Assembly: GCA_003427395.1 (NCBI GenBank) | Contig: BFEA01000005.1 | Location: 5,744,980 to 5,808,979 of the forward strand | Source: Chara braunii | Lineage: Eukaryota; Plantae; Charophyceae | DNA length: 64,000 nt | Reading direction: 5' to 3' | Part shown: positions 1-12,200 of the stretch, piece after piece | Position numbering within the stretch: the stretch's first letter is position 1 | Layout: every line of letters begins with the position of its first letter | Program-made: the position numbers and the translations under genes | Notes under the pieces: generated by a model | Seen by the model: the letters and a program-made list of their open reading frames with translations, nothing else | Databases searched by the model: none | What the model was told of the DNA's origin: nothing

Positions 1-345
1 ACTCATCCATCCATTTTAAATGGGCCCTTCTTCGAGCAGTTTCCCATCAAATCAACACGGCCTATCAAAGGGTCTTGTCGGGCTCCTCAAGCCATTCCAA
101 TGGGTCCTCTTTCCCGTTAGCGCCTCATCACTGTCGGGACTCATCCATCCATTTTAAATGGGTCCTTCGAGCAGTTTCCCATCAAATCAACACGGCCTAT
201 CAAAGGGTCTTGTCGGGCTCCTCAAGCCATTCCAATGGGTCCTCCGACGAAAAGCTGCCCATGCCTATGGACAATAGAAGGCCCTTGTCAGGCTCATCAA
301 ACCAGTCCAATTGGTGCTTCTTGGAGCAGTTGCCCAGCTGATCAA
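1..345. repeat. Degenerate tandem repeat (period about 139 bp, with shorter sub-repeats)
   Basis: ACTCATCCATCCATTTTAAATGGG...AAGCCATTCCAATGGGTCCTC occurs at 1-108 and again at about 140-244, followed by a diverged partial third unit. Confidence 0.7.
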
Positions 346-1419
346 GTAGGGCCTAACAGTACAAGGGCTTTTCAACACCTAGTAATTTGAAGTACGCATA
401 TTCATGGCCATCGATGGTCTTATCCAGCCGCACTGACAGAGATAGAGAGACACAGATCATCTGTTGACACATACAGCTCGAATCTCCCTCCCCCACCTCT
501 TATCTACTTAAAGCCAGACAGACATCGCAGCTCCACTAAATGGATTCTGGAAAATGTTTGGCAAACAAAAAAACTTACTCAAAAACAAAAAAAAAAAATT
601 TCGAAGGATCGAAAAAAAACAAACAAGGCCCGTGAATTTTCACAAAAATTACAAGCGATTAAAAAGTTATCTATTTTCTATGGAAATCTGCCTGTTCAAA
701 AAGTAGCAAAAAAAACGTCTACTTATTTAGACACATTGAGTGGTCCACAGTTACACACGGCTGTCAGCATCTCTGTGAGACGCGACCAACCGCATGAACA
801 CGTGGCATAGGGAAAAAGAAGCACTGGCCAGTGAATCTGTTGAAAGGTTGCATCATCCCAAATTTCAGCAAAGTTAACCAGTCAGTGATCCTATTTAGCT
901 CAGTTTCAAACAAACTTCACTCAGTGATTCCACTTTTCACGTTTATTTCACCACAGCACTGTATCTCAAGACGACTGGCAGAGTTTGAGAGACCATCGGT
1001 GCCTGTCTCATGAGCTCGGCCCAGTCCTTTGTCGATCAATGGGTCACTTTTGACCAATCTCAACCGGATTGCTTCCAAAGAAGTTGTTCCTTATCTCTAC
1101 AGTAGAATCACAGATTTCAAAGAAGAAGATCTCAACATCTACGTTGTTCTCACTCAGTTTATTTAGACTTCTACATCAAAAAGGGAAATGAGACTCATGA
1201 GTGCTTCGATTCAGTGTTGATCACTGCAGCAATCCATCTTGACGAACGTGCAGTCAATCTTGAATGTGAAGACGAAGAGTTGGTTTACAACGTTGACCCG
1301 AAACAGTATGTGGACTGTCCAGGGCCTCATATTCCTTTCAGTAGTCGTAATGGTTCATAATTAGGTGATCTGGTTGACCTGGCAAAGAGGTACATCTCAC
1401 CAACCGAGACTAACATCGA

Positions 1420-1421
<2 letters not shown>

Positions 1422-1494
<73 letters not shown>

Positions 1495-2405
1495 NNNNNN
1501 NNNNNNNNNNNNNNNNNNNNNNNNNNNNNNNNNNNNNNNNNNNNNNNNNNNNNNNNNNNNNNNNNNNNNNNNNNNNNNNNNNNNNNNNNNNNNNNNNNNN
1601 NNNNNNNNNNNNNNNNNNNNNNNNNNNNNNNNNNNNNNNNNNNNNNNNNNNNNNNNNNNNNNNNNNNNNNNNNNNNNNNNNNNNNNNNNNNNNNNNNNNN
1701 NNNNNNNNNNNNNNNNNNNNNNNNNNNNNNNNNNNNNNNNNNNNNNNNNNNNNNNNNNNNNNNNNNNNNNNNNNNNNNNNNNNNNNNNNNNNNNNNNNNN
1801 NNNNNNNNNNNNNNNNNNNNNNNNNNNNNNNNNNNNNNNNNNNNNNNNNNNNNNNNNNNNNNNNNNNNNNNNNNNNNNNNNNNNNNNNNNNNNNNNNNNN
1901 NNNNNNNNNNNNNNNNNNNNNNNNNNNNNNNNNNNNNNNNNNNNNNNNNNNNNNNNNNNNNNNNNNNNNNNNNNNNNNNNNNNNNNNNNNNNNNNNNNNN
2001 NNNNNNNNNNNNNNNNNNNNNNNNNNNNNNNNNNNNNNNNNNNNNNNNNNNNNNNNNNNNNNNNNNNNNNNNNNNNNNNNNNNNNNNNNNNNNNNNNNNN
2101 NNNNNNNNNNNNNNNNNNNNNNNNNNNNNNNNNNNNNNNNNNNNNNNNNNNNNNNNNNNNNNNNNNNNNNNNNNNNNNNNNNNNNNNNNNNNNNNNNNNN
2201 NNNNNNNNNNNNNNNNNNNNNNNNNNNNNNNNNNNNNNNNNNNNNNNNNNNNNNNNNNNNNNNNNNNNNNNNNNNNNNNNNNNNNNNNNNNNNNNNNNNN
2301 NNNNNNNNNNNCTCTCTCTCTCTCTCTCTCTCTCTCCCCCCCCCCCCTCCCCCCCCCCCCCCCCCCGCCGGCAAAATATATTCTCCGTTTACACATATGC
2401 CTTCT

Positions 2406-2450
<45 letters not shown>
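1422..2450. repeat. (CT)n microsatellites flanking an assembly gap, plus a poly-C run
   Basis: Directly visible; the N-run spans about 1495-2311. Confidence 0.95.
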
Positions 2451-2454
<4 letters not shown>

Positions 2455-2592
2455 CAAAGATCGTCGAGATCCGATCAGATCCGTCGATCATCGTCTCCAT
2501 AGCTAAGCGTCTCTAAACCCCTGCCACTACTGTAGGCACACCGAACCGTCACGCGATCACGATCAGCGTCCAAGAGTGATATCATCAGCGGC

Positions 2593-2643
<51 letters not shown>

Positions 2644-3167
2644 GTGAGTGAGTGAGTGTGATTGTGATGCTTTTATTCACCACGAAAGGAAGGGAATCAT
2701 CGAAACATAAACACCTTTGACGAAATGCGTGCTGAGATTTACACACCCCTACCATACAGTCAAAAACGACGGTCTGGTTGACGTGTGGAATGGGATGATC
2801 CTATGGTGGAGTTACGATCGGAAATCGAATGCACACACAATCTCCGATCATAATTCCACGATGTGATCCTTCGATTCCACACCACCAAATCTCCAGATCT
2901 CTCACTTATTTATTTCCGTGTCTCCATCTCTCTCTGGATGCATGTGTTTCGAGTGTACAGACACAGGGGCCAGCACCTCGGACACAAACGCAGAAATCCA
3001 TCCACGCAGGTCCATCCGGCTTTGTATTTCTCAGATGCTAGAGGCTGCAGCCAGGCAACCAAAGGATATGTATTAGTTGGGGGGTAGATCAGCTACACTA
3101 TGATTAGAACGAGAAAAATAAATCGTGAAACCAACCAAAGAGGGAGAGGAAGAAACCGGTGACTCAC

Positions 3168-3275
3168 CGCTTCCCCAGTCGGGCAAGACCGGTAGCAGAT
3201 CCCTCTATTGGCCTCCCAGAATCGAATGGTATTATCATATCCTGCTGTCGCAAATACAACCGAGTTATGCCCCAT
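3168..3275 (-). CDS. LST8: First coding exon of a TOR complex subunit LST8-like WD40 protein
   Basis: Translates to MGHNSVVFATAGYDNTIRFWEANRGICYRSCPTGEA, matching the LST8 N-terminus (xVILATAxYDHTIRFWEAxxGxCYRT). A GTGAGT donor follows at once at 3167-3162 (phase 0). A (GA)n tract lies upstream. Downstream exons were not identified; they may be in the gap or outside the window. Confidence 0.8.
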
Positions 3276-3285
3276 GATGAACACG

Positions 3286-3337
<52 letters not shown>

Positions 3338-3795
3338 CTGTGAGAGCGCGCGTGCGCGTGCGCGTATGCGCTCAATCACGCATCCGAAGGACTGAACGTA
3401 TGTACGGCCCCTGAGATGGCTATGGACGGAAGGACAGATAGCGCTGGACAGGCCAAACAACAGCGAAAGAGAGAGAGAGAGAGGGTACCACTATTATTTT
3501 TTTGCCACCCGTTTCTCCTCCCTCTCCGCCTACTGGATCAGATCATCGACAACGAACAAGGATCGCCAAACCGGATCATAAAAACGTCGACGGTGCTCAT
3601 CAGCCTTACTGATGCCCGTGTGCTGATCACAGCAGTTCAAGATTTTTCTTTCCTCTGCACGCCTTGATGCCCACTTTAGAAGAGGAGCGCTTCCCCCACC
3701 TCCACCGTCACGACAATCCGCTGTCCTCTTCCCCCACCTGTATTCCATTCTTCCTCTTCCTGATTACCAACACCAGATACTAGATTTCCTCCTCC

Positions 3796-3830
<35 letters not shown>

Positions 3831-4640
3831 CACACACACACACACGCACACACACACACACTAGGGGTAGTTGTGCTGTTCTTTGTTTCAGCTTCTTCCT
3901 CAGATACGTCGAATTGCTCCTGCTCTCCCAAGCTCCACGGAAGAACCACGGATTTAGGGCCTCATCCCACCCTGCTTAAGGTAAGTAGAAGTAAAAAAGA
4001 AACGAAAAAGGAGGGGCCGCAGCATTCGGACCGTGAAAGAAAATTTGTACTCCACCGTCCCGTTATTGCAGGAGATATTATGTGGGTGGCGGCGGCCTTT
4101 GTTTTTTTTTTTAAACGGGCGATGCCCTTGAGGTATTATCATCGGACTAACCAGCCCAGGTAAATTCAATCTTGTGTCTAATCTGACAACGGGCCTTTTC
4201 AGCCCAGGGTGGCCTGATAGCCTTCAGGGATCCCCCACTGGGAGGCACCGGCCAGGGGACAGCCGGTAGCAGAGGGACCCAGCATCATCTGAGTGGCCAG
4301 TCGCTGTGCCTCCCTGAGTACCCCTCCCCCTATGAACATCAGCAGAGACTGCTTTTAAATGCCAATCGGGGGGACGAACCTGGCCCGGTAAAGGGCAAAA
4401 AAGATAAGAAAAAGAAAACATAAAAACACGCCATCCTTTTGGGAACAGGGTAAAGGCCCGTTCCTTTTCCGAAAACGGCAAAACGGACCTCCCGACATTC
4501 ACTCCACGAACGCCACGTCCTAAACCGTTTTCACATCCCTCACAGCCCTCCGTTCACATCGGAGCCCCCGGTGTTCAAGGAACAAGGTGGGATACGCCGA
4601 AAATGGATATTTTACTTACCGAAAATGGATATTTTACCCC

Positions 4641-5576
4641 CGAGTTCAAGTTTCTCTACTATCATGTAATATAGATCAGGAGGGTATCCTCCTTCGACGC
4701 TCGATACAACAGGTGACGTGGGGGAAAGCGACACACCTGTAGCTTTATGGGGGAATTTTGTTCATTAATAGTGCCTTGATGTCCTTGCTTTGGTTTGCTG
4801 CAGCCGTCCGTCCATTGGGTAAACACCTATGTTCTCTAATTAGGAGGGCCTGTCGTTTCATATGGAAGTCGCACTCCTGTAATGAGGAAGGCTTCATGTC
4901 GAAAGTGGCATGGGATCTTCTATGCTACCCCAAGGAGGAGGGAGGATTGAGATTAGTTGATCCCCGGAAGAAAAGTGTTGCTATGTTGGTTAGATGGGTG
5001 ATTAAGGCCATAAGCTCCTCGGAGGCCTCCCACTGGATTGCCCTGCCNGAGGAAATCTTANCTGCTTAATGGTCTCTCAAACGCCACTCGGATGTTTGGA
5101 CATGTCTGTTACTTAGCTCTTATCAGAATCGACGTGTGAAATCTGAATTCTGGGGGGCTGTGTTGTATGCATGGAAACAACTCAGGCCGAATGCCTGGCT
5201 GAACCCCACCACGAAAGCTGAAATTTTATTACAGCCGCTCTTTGATAAAACCCTGCAATAAGGCAGGCAAATGGTAATTGTTTCTCTGCAGACTACTCCC
5301 GTAGCAGCTTTGGAAAAAGCTGGATCGAGAGAAGGGTCCTAAGGATCCGTGATATTTGGAAGGCACTGGAGGGACAATGGATCTCACATGGGGCATTGGG
5401 GGAATTGTTGGGTGTTGTTTGGTATGTGGAAGAAAGGTTGGTGGCTATAATTGACGCTATTCCCACACAATGGAAGGACACCTTGAGCCCAGAAGGGGTG
5501 GACCCTCACGGGACCTGGTATATCTCAAATGAGATCAGTCCAGCCCCTATGTTTTGGAAATTGACAGGCTTTGACC
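4641..5576 (+). pseudogene. Duplicated fragment of family-B LINE ORF2 (post-RT region), left part
   Basis: Near-identical to about 25160-26100 (KVAWDLLCYPKEEGGLRLVD), including Ns at equivalent positions. Confidence 0.85.
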
Positions 5577-6057
5577 ATTTTTTTTTTTATTATTATTTTT
5601 TTTTTTTGGGGAACAAGGCTCCAATCTATTCGTGGGGAGCAACACGTGCTGGGAACCGGGCCCAGCGTCCCATATGGAAATTTATACAGAATTGAATTTT
5701 TTTGAAGTTTTAAGATACCGGGGCCATTACCCGGCTATGGCTAGGAAAAAATAGAACTACTGAAGAAGATTACTACATCAAGCTACACGCCATCAACCCT
5801 CCTTACCTCCCTCCGGCAAGACTTCCTGCAGCAGAGCCACCATCTCCGCTGCTGCTGTACCCTAATTCCATCCTGCTAGTTAGCCCTCCTCACTAATAGG
5901 ACGCTTGATATCCCACCATCTACTCATCCCACTCACCTCAATTTGAGAAAATCGAGAAAATTCAAGAAATTTAAAAAGAAATGGAGAAACGAAAATCAGA
6001 GCTAAAACCCCCACCAATCCAAGTCAAACCCTCACTATAGATGAGAGACCGTCACTC

Positions 6058-6856
6058 AAGCCTTCAGTCCTCGTACCAGAAGTCGCCAGTTCTCACACCC
6101 CCCTTGCTAGGGTGACAAGGCAACACAAACTACCCCACCAACGGACTAACTATCTTCTGACGGACAGGAAGTGTCTTCCTCCCTCGACAGCTTCCATAGC
6201 TGCCAACCCCCCACCGGTTACAGGGTCACTGCCCCAGCCTGAGCTATGTTGAAAGAGGTGGTTATGCCTTCCACCCTCCGCATAGCTCCAATGGCCTCAA
6301 ACTTCTCTCCACTGTCACAGAGCCACTGCCCCAGCGCCGGCCACTGTCGCCCCACCCCTTCCTTCTAGTAGACTTACTACCCTGAATCATTGTTCCCCTA
6401 CTGCGCGAGCCCACCCAAAATTACTTCCAACCTTACTTCTTATTTTCTCCCTTCATATGAAAAAACAAAAAGGAGGAAGGACAAAAATTAGAACCACTAA
6501 TAATCAAAACTCCTACCCTTACCACCGATGAAGGATGCGTCGACCAAGCTTTCAGTCCTCGTACCAGAAATCGTTAGATCTCATAACCCCCAGCTAGGGT
6601 TACAAGGCTACGCCCCAGTACTGATCTAACTGTTTCTGACGGACAGAGAGTGCCTTCCCCCCTCGACCCCTCTCTTAATTGTATAGACCCTCAAAAGGTT
6701 ACAGGGTCACCGCCCCGGCAACAACTACGTTGAGCGAGATGGTTATGCCTTCCACCCTCGGCATAACTTCAATGGCCTCAAGCCCCCCTTGGTCACAGCG
6801 CAAATACTCTAGCACTGGCCAATGTAGTCCCACCCCACCCTCCTGGTTAGACTTAC
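6058..6856 (-). repeat. Two diverged copies of a ~320 nt structured unit (about 6058-6380 and 6546-6856)
   Basis: Shared blocks TTCAGTCCTCGTACCAGAA, TTCTGACGGACAG, GGTTACAGGGTCAC, GGTTATGCCTTCCACCCTC, AATGGCCTCAA and TAGACTTAC in the same order. Confidence 0.85.
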
Positions 6857-6933
6857 CACTCTATATCACAGATCCTTCTGCCCCCCCACTTCCCACTTAC
6901 CTCTAATTCGACCCTCCCCCTTTTGATTACGAA

Positions 6934-6971
6934 CTGTCTCTTATACACATCTAGATGTGTATAAGAGACAG
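6934..6971. other. Nextera mate-pair junction adapter (two Tn5 mosaic ends); assembly artefact
   Basis: Exact CTGTCTCTTATACACATCT+AGATGTGTATAAGAGACAG, with a local duplication of about 6810-6933 repeated at about 6976-7096. Confidence 0.98.
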
Positions 6972-8166
6972 CTCCAGCACTGGCCAATGTCGTCCCACCC
7001 CACCCTCCTGGTTAGACTTACCACTCTATATCACCGATCCTTCTGCCCCCCACTTCCCACTTACCTCTAATTCGACCCTCCCCCTTTTGATTACGAAAAC
7101 ATACTAAGACTAATTATTTGAGAGAAAACTATTTAAAAGGATCATTTGAAAAATCAATCAGAATAAGCCTGAGATTTGAGAATAAGATCTGATAGGGTTT
7201 GATTCTCCAAATAAGAATGTCAAAATTTGCAAAAAATTGTACGAATTTTAGGTTTAGGTATCCATAAAGGATTTTCGAATCAGATTCTCAAACCGTGGTT
7301 TGAGAAACGTTCAGCAAAGCTATATGGCACGAAAGATTAAGGAAGGAAAATTATAAAAATAAATTGACAATCACTAAGAAGAGATTCACTCCGACAGTAA
7401 ATAGGAATTGTTGATTCAACGACAAATCAACAGGAAGGACAGTAATCAGAAAAACGAATCAACAATCAATTTGAGAAAGGGAATCACTGAGACAAGAAAA
7501 ATAAAAAACGTGTAAGAATCATAAATTAAGATTTCCATCAATCAGAATTATCAACCATCATGCCCATATGATCAGCGAGAGGGTCTATCCTAAGAAGAGC
7601 CAAGCTCATACTGAAGATGCAACAATACAAAAAAATCGACCACAATGCCCTCGCACTCCGGATGCCGTCGTGACGAAACCTCAACCGTCGCCGATACCGC
7701 TTCGCCCTTCTGCAAAAAAACGGACTCGATGTCGCCTCCAATCCTCCTCCCACTCCACGTGAGGACGCGCTCCTCCCTGTCCGCCTGCGTCAACCGACCT
7801 CCTCCACAAAACTGCGCAGGCAGAGAAGCAAAGGCAACCAATATGCCAAGAATCTCATGAAGATTTGCCCCCTTACAGGAACAGTCTACCCTTCATCCAG
7901 CGTGCTGACCTGCAGCATCACCAGGTGAAGCGTGGAGCCGGAGATGGCACCCTCTGTGCTTTCAAAACGCAGGCCACGCCAAGTCACGCCACATCGTCTC
8001 TACCCTCCCGCTGTCAAGTCTCACGCCCACTGCCCCCATCCGCCCACCTCGTCGCCTAATCCGTCGTTAGCTCTTGCGTCGCGCCGTGTCCACTCTGACG
8101 ACGTTCGTGCGGGGCGCAGCGCTCCCGGTCGCGCTGCGCCCCCGCATGCCTAACATCGCCCCTCCC

Positions 8167-8490
8167 CAGGCTTTGACCCTATTGGCCCTATTGGTAACAG
8201 AGAATTCGAATGTTGGGAAGGGCTTAACGCAAGGAAACCTTATCAGTTGGTCCCACTGGAGGAACCAGCTCACCCCCCTCTGGATGCGAGTTTGGCCTAA
8301 ATCAGGGTCTGGGGATCTTGCGATGATGAAGGTAATTGGTTCTGCAAAGTATTCGCTCATGGAAAAACACTCACACTGATCACGCTAGGGAGGTCACCGC
8401 CAAGAGGAATGGAACCAGCGAACGGGACGCTCCGAATTCCAACCAAAATCGGATCGCGTTCGACTTCCCCGCCCCTTTCCACTACCGGCG
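8167..8490 (+). pseudogene. Duplicated fragment of family-B LINE, right part, plus shared junction sequence
   Basis: Homologous to about 26089-26402. Confidence 0.8.
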
Positions 8491-9247
8491 CCCTCCCCGC
8501 CTTTCCTTGATGAGCGCCTCTCCATGAACGTGTGATCCGAGTGAGGTCACCCTCTACGACCCTCAAACACCTTCCTCCTCCTCTCTTCCCTTCTCTTTTG
8601 AATTCGCCGGTACATTTTGGTTCTCCATCCACGCCGGCGCGAGCCGGGCCTGTGACAGGTCGGTCCAGTCTGGTCGAATCGTTGCGTGCGCGCGCGCGGA
8701 CGGGGAAGCACTCACATGTAACTCAACACCAGTTAGTTTTTTGGTCCTGTCCCGCCTCCCCCAGCTATGTCCGGCGGATCAATTGGCGCTCAACGACGCT
8801 CGCCCGCTTGGCGCCCATGGCGCCGCTTGCCCCGCTCGCGCCTTGTCGTCCCAGTTCTCGGTGTCTTCTCGGCGCATCGTAGCTGCTACTCGGCGCCTTC
8901 AAAGCCACCGACCACCGCGCCAAAATTCCCACCCGATATCTTCGACTGCCGGCTGTTTCAATCCAATGCCGTGATGCCAATTTACTGTGCTGCCCCACCC
9001 CCCGCCACCGAGCCTCTTAGGTGACCCCCTTCTCAAAGATCGGCGGGGTTCAAGGTCCCACTTTCCTGTATTCTTCATCTCTGGCCGTAGATTGCAAAGA
9101 TAGATGACCAGGCACGAAAAACCCTTCAAGTGGGATATGGCCTCAGGACAAAATATCGCTTGGCTCATAATGGAGTGACTGAAAGCACCAGTTTCCTTTT
9201 TTTCTTTTCTGTTTCTGGGAGGAGAGTAACCAATTTTATTCTGAAGT

Positions 9248-12200
9248 GGGTCGCGGGAGGTGCGCTAACCGGTGCGACAGCACTCGCTTCTGACACCGCC
9301 TGGCAGTACGGCGGGCCTTACCGGCGGCGGGTGAGTTCGTCGTGGTCTCACCGCCGCAGGTGGTAACCTATTCTCCTCGCCTTGACGAGGACCTATGGCT
9401 ATAGCTGTAGTCAAGTTTACCAGCGGTTAGAATTTCCCGACCACGGCCCGCTCAACGTTGAACGGTTGAAGTAATGAAGGGCTAGGTTGAATCCAAGACG
9501 AGTTATTATCTGTTGTTTAGCTTCGTATAGGAGGCGACTGTTTTTCCTTACTTTGGTTGGTCTTGTCAAAGTGGTCTGTAATAATGGAGGTGGAACCTAC
9601 CGGTCAAAGAGAGAGGGATGGAAGGGCATAAGTCCCGGGTGACTATCGTTTGGATAAGGAAAGAGTGAGAGAGATGGTTAGGGCATGTTTCGAGGAAAGA
9701 ATACTTCCAACAAACATTGACCCTGGTGAGATGGAGGTGAGTGGGAGAGAGTTGAAGTTTACTCTCAACGCCTCCCTCGATGAGATGGTTGAAAGAAAGA
9801 ACAGTGACAATTATTTTCCGGGATGGAGCCAGGTTTTTGCCGAAAAAGTGAAAGAGGACGTAGTGAGAGCATATGAAGATGTGTGGATTAGAGATGATGT
9901 GTTTGAAGAAGAGTTCAAACGGGGCAGAATCAAAGTGGAAAGCCCGAATGTTGTTTCTTATATCCCAAGAGCTCAGGAGATTACCAACTGGATGTTGCGA
10001 AAGAAAACCAACTTCATTGACTAGGCGGACACCGCGTATCGTACCGAGTTTAAGCCTTGGTTGACTCGGGCCGACATTTGTGATTGGAGACAATTGGTGG
10101 ATCAGAATGCCTTCTGCGTAGTGACTGTTGGTATTCCGTTGGATGAGATGCCATTCATTCATGTGCACGTTGAAAAATCGATTGGGAAGATTATTAAACA
10201 GCACAAACCAAAGGCGGATAACACCGATCCGAAGTTGGTGAATCTACGATTCGACATCGATCCTTCATGTAAGGATAATATGCAGGATAAGTTTGTTGTG
10301 CAAACCTGCCAAGGCGACGTTCTTGAAGTGAATCTAGCGGGCCCCGACTCAGACTGGTGTAAGAGGTGTCGCTCCTTCTTTCATACAGAAACGACTTGTC
10401 GTCGCACAGGACGAAGAGATCAAGGTGGAGTCAACTTCAATCAACCTCAAGTTTCTACGTCCGGCTCTCGTCAGCCAAGACCAGGTTACAATGGGGCCAT
10501 GCAAGCCCCGGGTGCAGTTACTCATCTTGCGGCTCAATCACCAGTCGCACCTTCGAATGTTCCGCTGCCTTCAGTCATCAGGATCAATCCTGCGTTCTCA
10601 CCATCGGGTCCGCAGGACCTTCAGCAGGGAGGACAGTTCAAGGTCAGAGACAGGGTACGATCCAGCGTTGGAAACCATATGGGGACCTTATCTGAACAGC
10701 TTACCGCCACCTCCGGCTGCGGGGTTGCAAGCCGGTCTGGGGCCAATGCGATACCAAGTGGGGATGAGCCCCTCGATGTCGAATTTGCATGCCTTCTCCT
10801 CATGGGTGCCTTCAGTACCCCTCCAGGGAGGTGTGCCTGTCAACAAAGAAGGTGCCCTACAACAGCAGGTGCTCTCACCCTCCGGCGTGAGACTCCCAGG
10901 AGCTAGTGGAAGTCGCCGGCGTGGCGAGTCCCCAGGTAAGCGAAGAAGAGTAAGCGAGGGAGGCGTGGATATTCAAGTCGATCTGCAAACAAAAAACTAT
11001 GGTAGCTCTAGTGGTTCACGGGTCGTTCCTTTGTCAACAGGTTAGCGTAAGTCCTCACGCCATCGCATGGATGCATTGTCTAAAGGTTAGGCCGTAGTAG
11101 AATCAAGGGTTTTGTCGTTGATTTACTCCTCTGCTAGGAATGGATTTTGGTTCATCGCATGGGTAGGGTCGAAAGGGATACCTCTTCTGTTCAATGTTGT
11201 TTGCCCTAAATCCCCCATGCCTCATACCACAACTGCTTTGCCCAAATCTTTGATACGAGATAAATTTGCCCTTCGACTTGTCGAAACTCCGATGCCCAGA
11301 CTGTTAGTTGATATTGAAGGTAAGAGGTGTCGTTGTTATGTTCCTCTTTTCGCTGCTCGTTTCCTCCCCGGTCAATTAGAGCAGCTGGAACAAGAAGGTT
11401 TTCAGTTGCTCCTGTTTACTTGGCTTTTGGAAGGGAGAAAACCTGAATTGCGTAGGCTTAGGGTCTCACCGTTAGTCTCCGTGGAATTTCTGTCTGACCT
11501 GAATATGAAATTGGGAAGGAAAAGAAAGTTGGATTCCCCCTTTTCGAGACAGTTTTTAACTGAAGCTTGGCCCTCTGCAAACCCGGCTGATGGGTCCCAG
11601 ATCCAACCTGGTGGAGTGACTGCCCCTAATGGGCAGACTCAGAGTAGCTACATGGAATGTACGTGCATTAGGGGATTCAACAGGTAGAAACAAGAAAGGA
11701 CGTTTGAAGAGTTGGATGCATACCAACAAAATCGATATCCTATGCATTCAGGAAAGCAAACTTGCGGAGGAAAATATCATCGAATCAGGTTCATGGTGGG
11801 ACGGCCCACAAATTTGGTCGCTGGCCATAGGATCTAGAGGGGGAGTCACTATTTTAAATTTTTAATCCATAGGGATTTGCAGATGAAAATAATCGACTTC
11901 TGCGCTAATCTTTGAGGAAAATGGGCATGGGTTAAGTTATGGCTGGAAAATCAGGAATGGGTAATCGTCTCGATTTATGCTCCGACAGACGTAGCCACAC
12001 GAACAAACTTTTCTGAAGATTTTTCCTTGTTTATTCCAGAGAGAGATCACCTTATTGTTGCAGGTGACTGGAATACCACGATAGATAAACAAGGGGGTGT
12101 CCATGAAGGCCGTGGTCTGATAGCCTTAACTGATCTTATGTTGGAACTAGATCTGATTGAACCATATCCTCTTCTACACCCCGCAAAACCATGTTACACT

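Larger units (their letters stand above)
5577..8166 (-). mobile_element. 2.6 kb ORF-less poly(A) retroposed element (non-autonomous LINE passenger) with TSD
   Basis: T-rich tail at 5578-5607. Flanked by the direct repeat CAGGCTTTGACC (5565-5576 and 8167-8178). The uninterrupted target is visible at about 26089-26100. The conserved 3' pseudoknot module sits at 5617-5671. No long ORF. Confidence 0.8.

Noticed and set aside
1365-2516. Long ORFs of SLSL/ERER and X residues (also near 32140, 41007 and 42509)
   Set aside because: They are products of microsatellites and N gaps.
6062-6085. TCCTCGT as an HDV-like ribozyme L3 loop
   Set aside because: The flanking bases cannot form P3, and no P1/P4/J4-2 arrangement was found.
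6934-6971. Perfect 38 bp palindrome resembling transposon ends
   Set aside because: It is the Nextera mate-pair junction adapter. The adjacent partial third repeat copy (about 6976-7096) is therefore also treated as an artefact.
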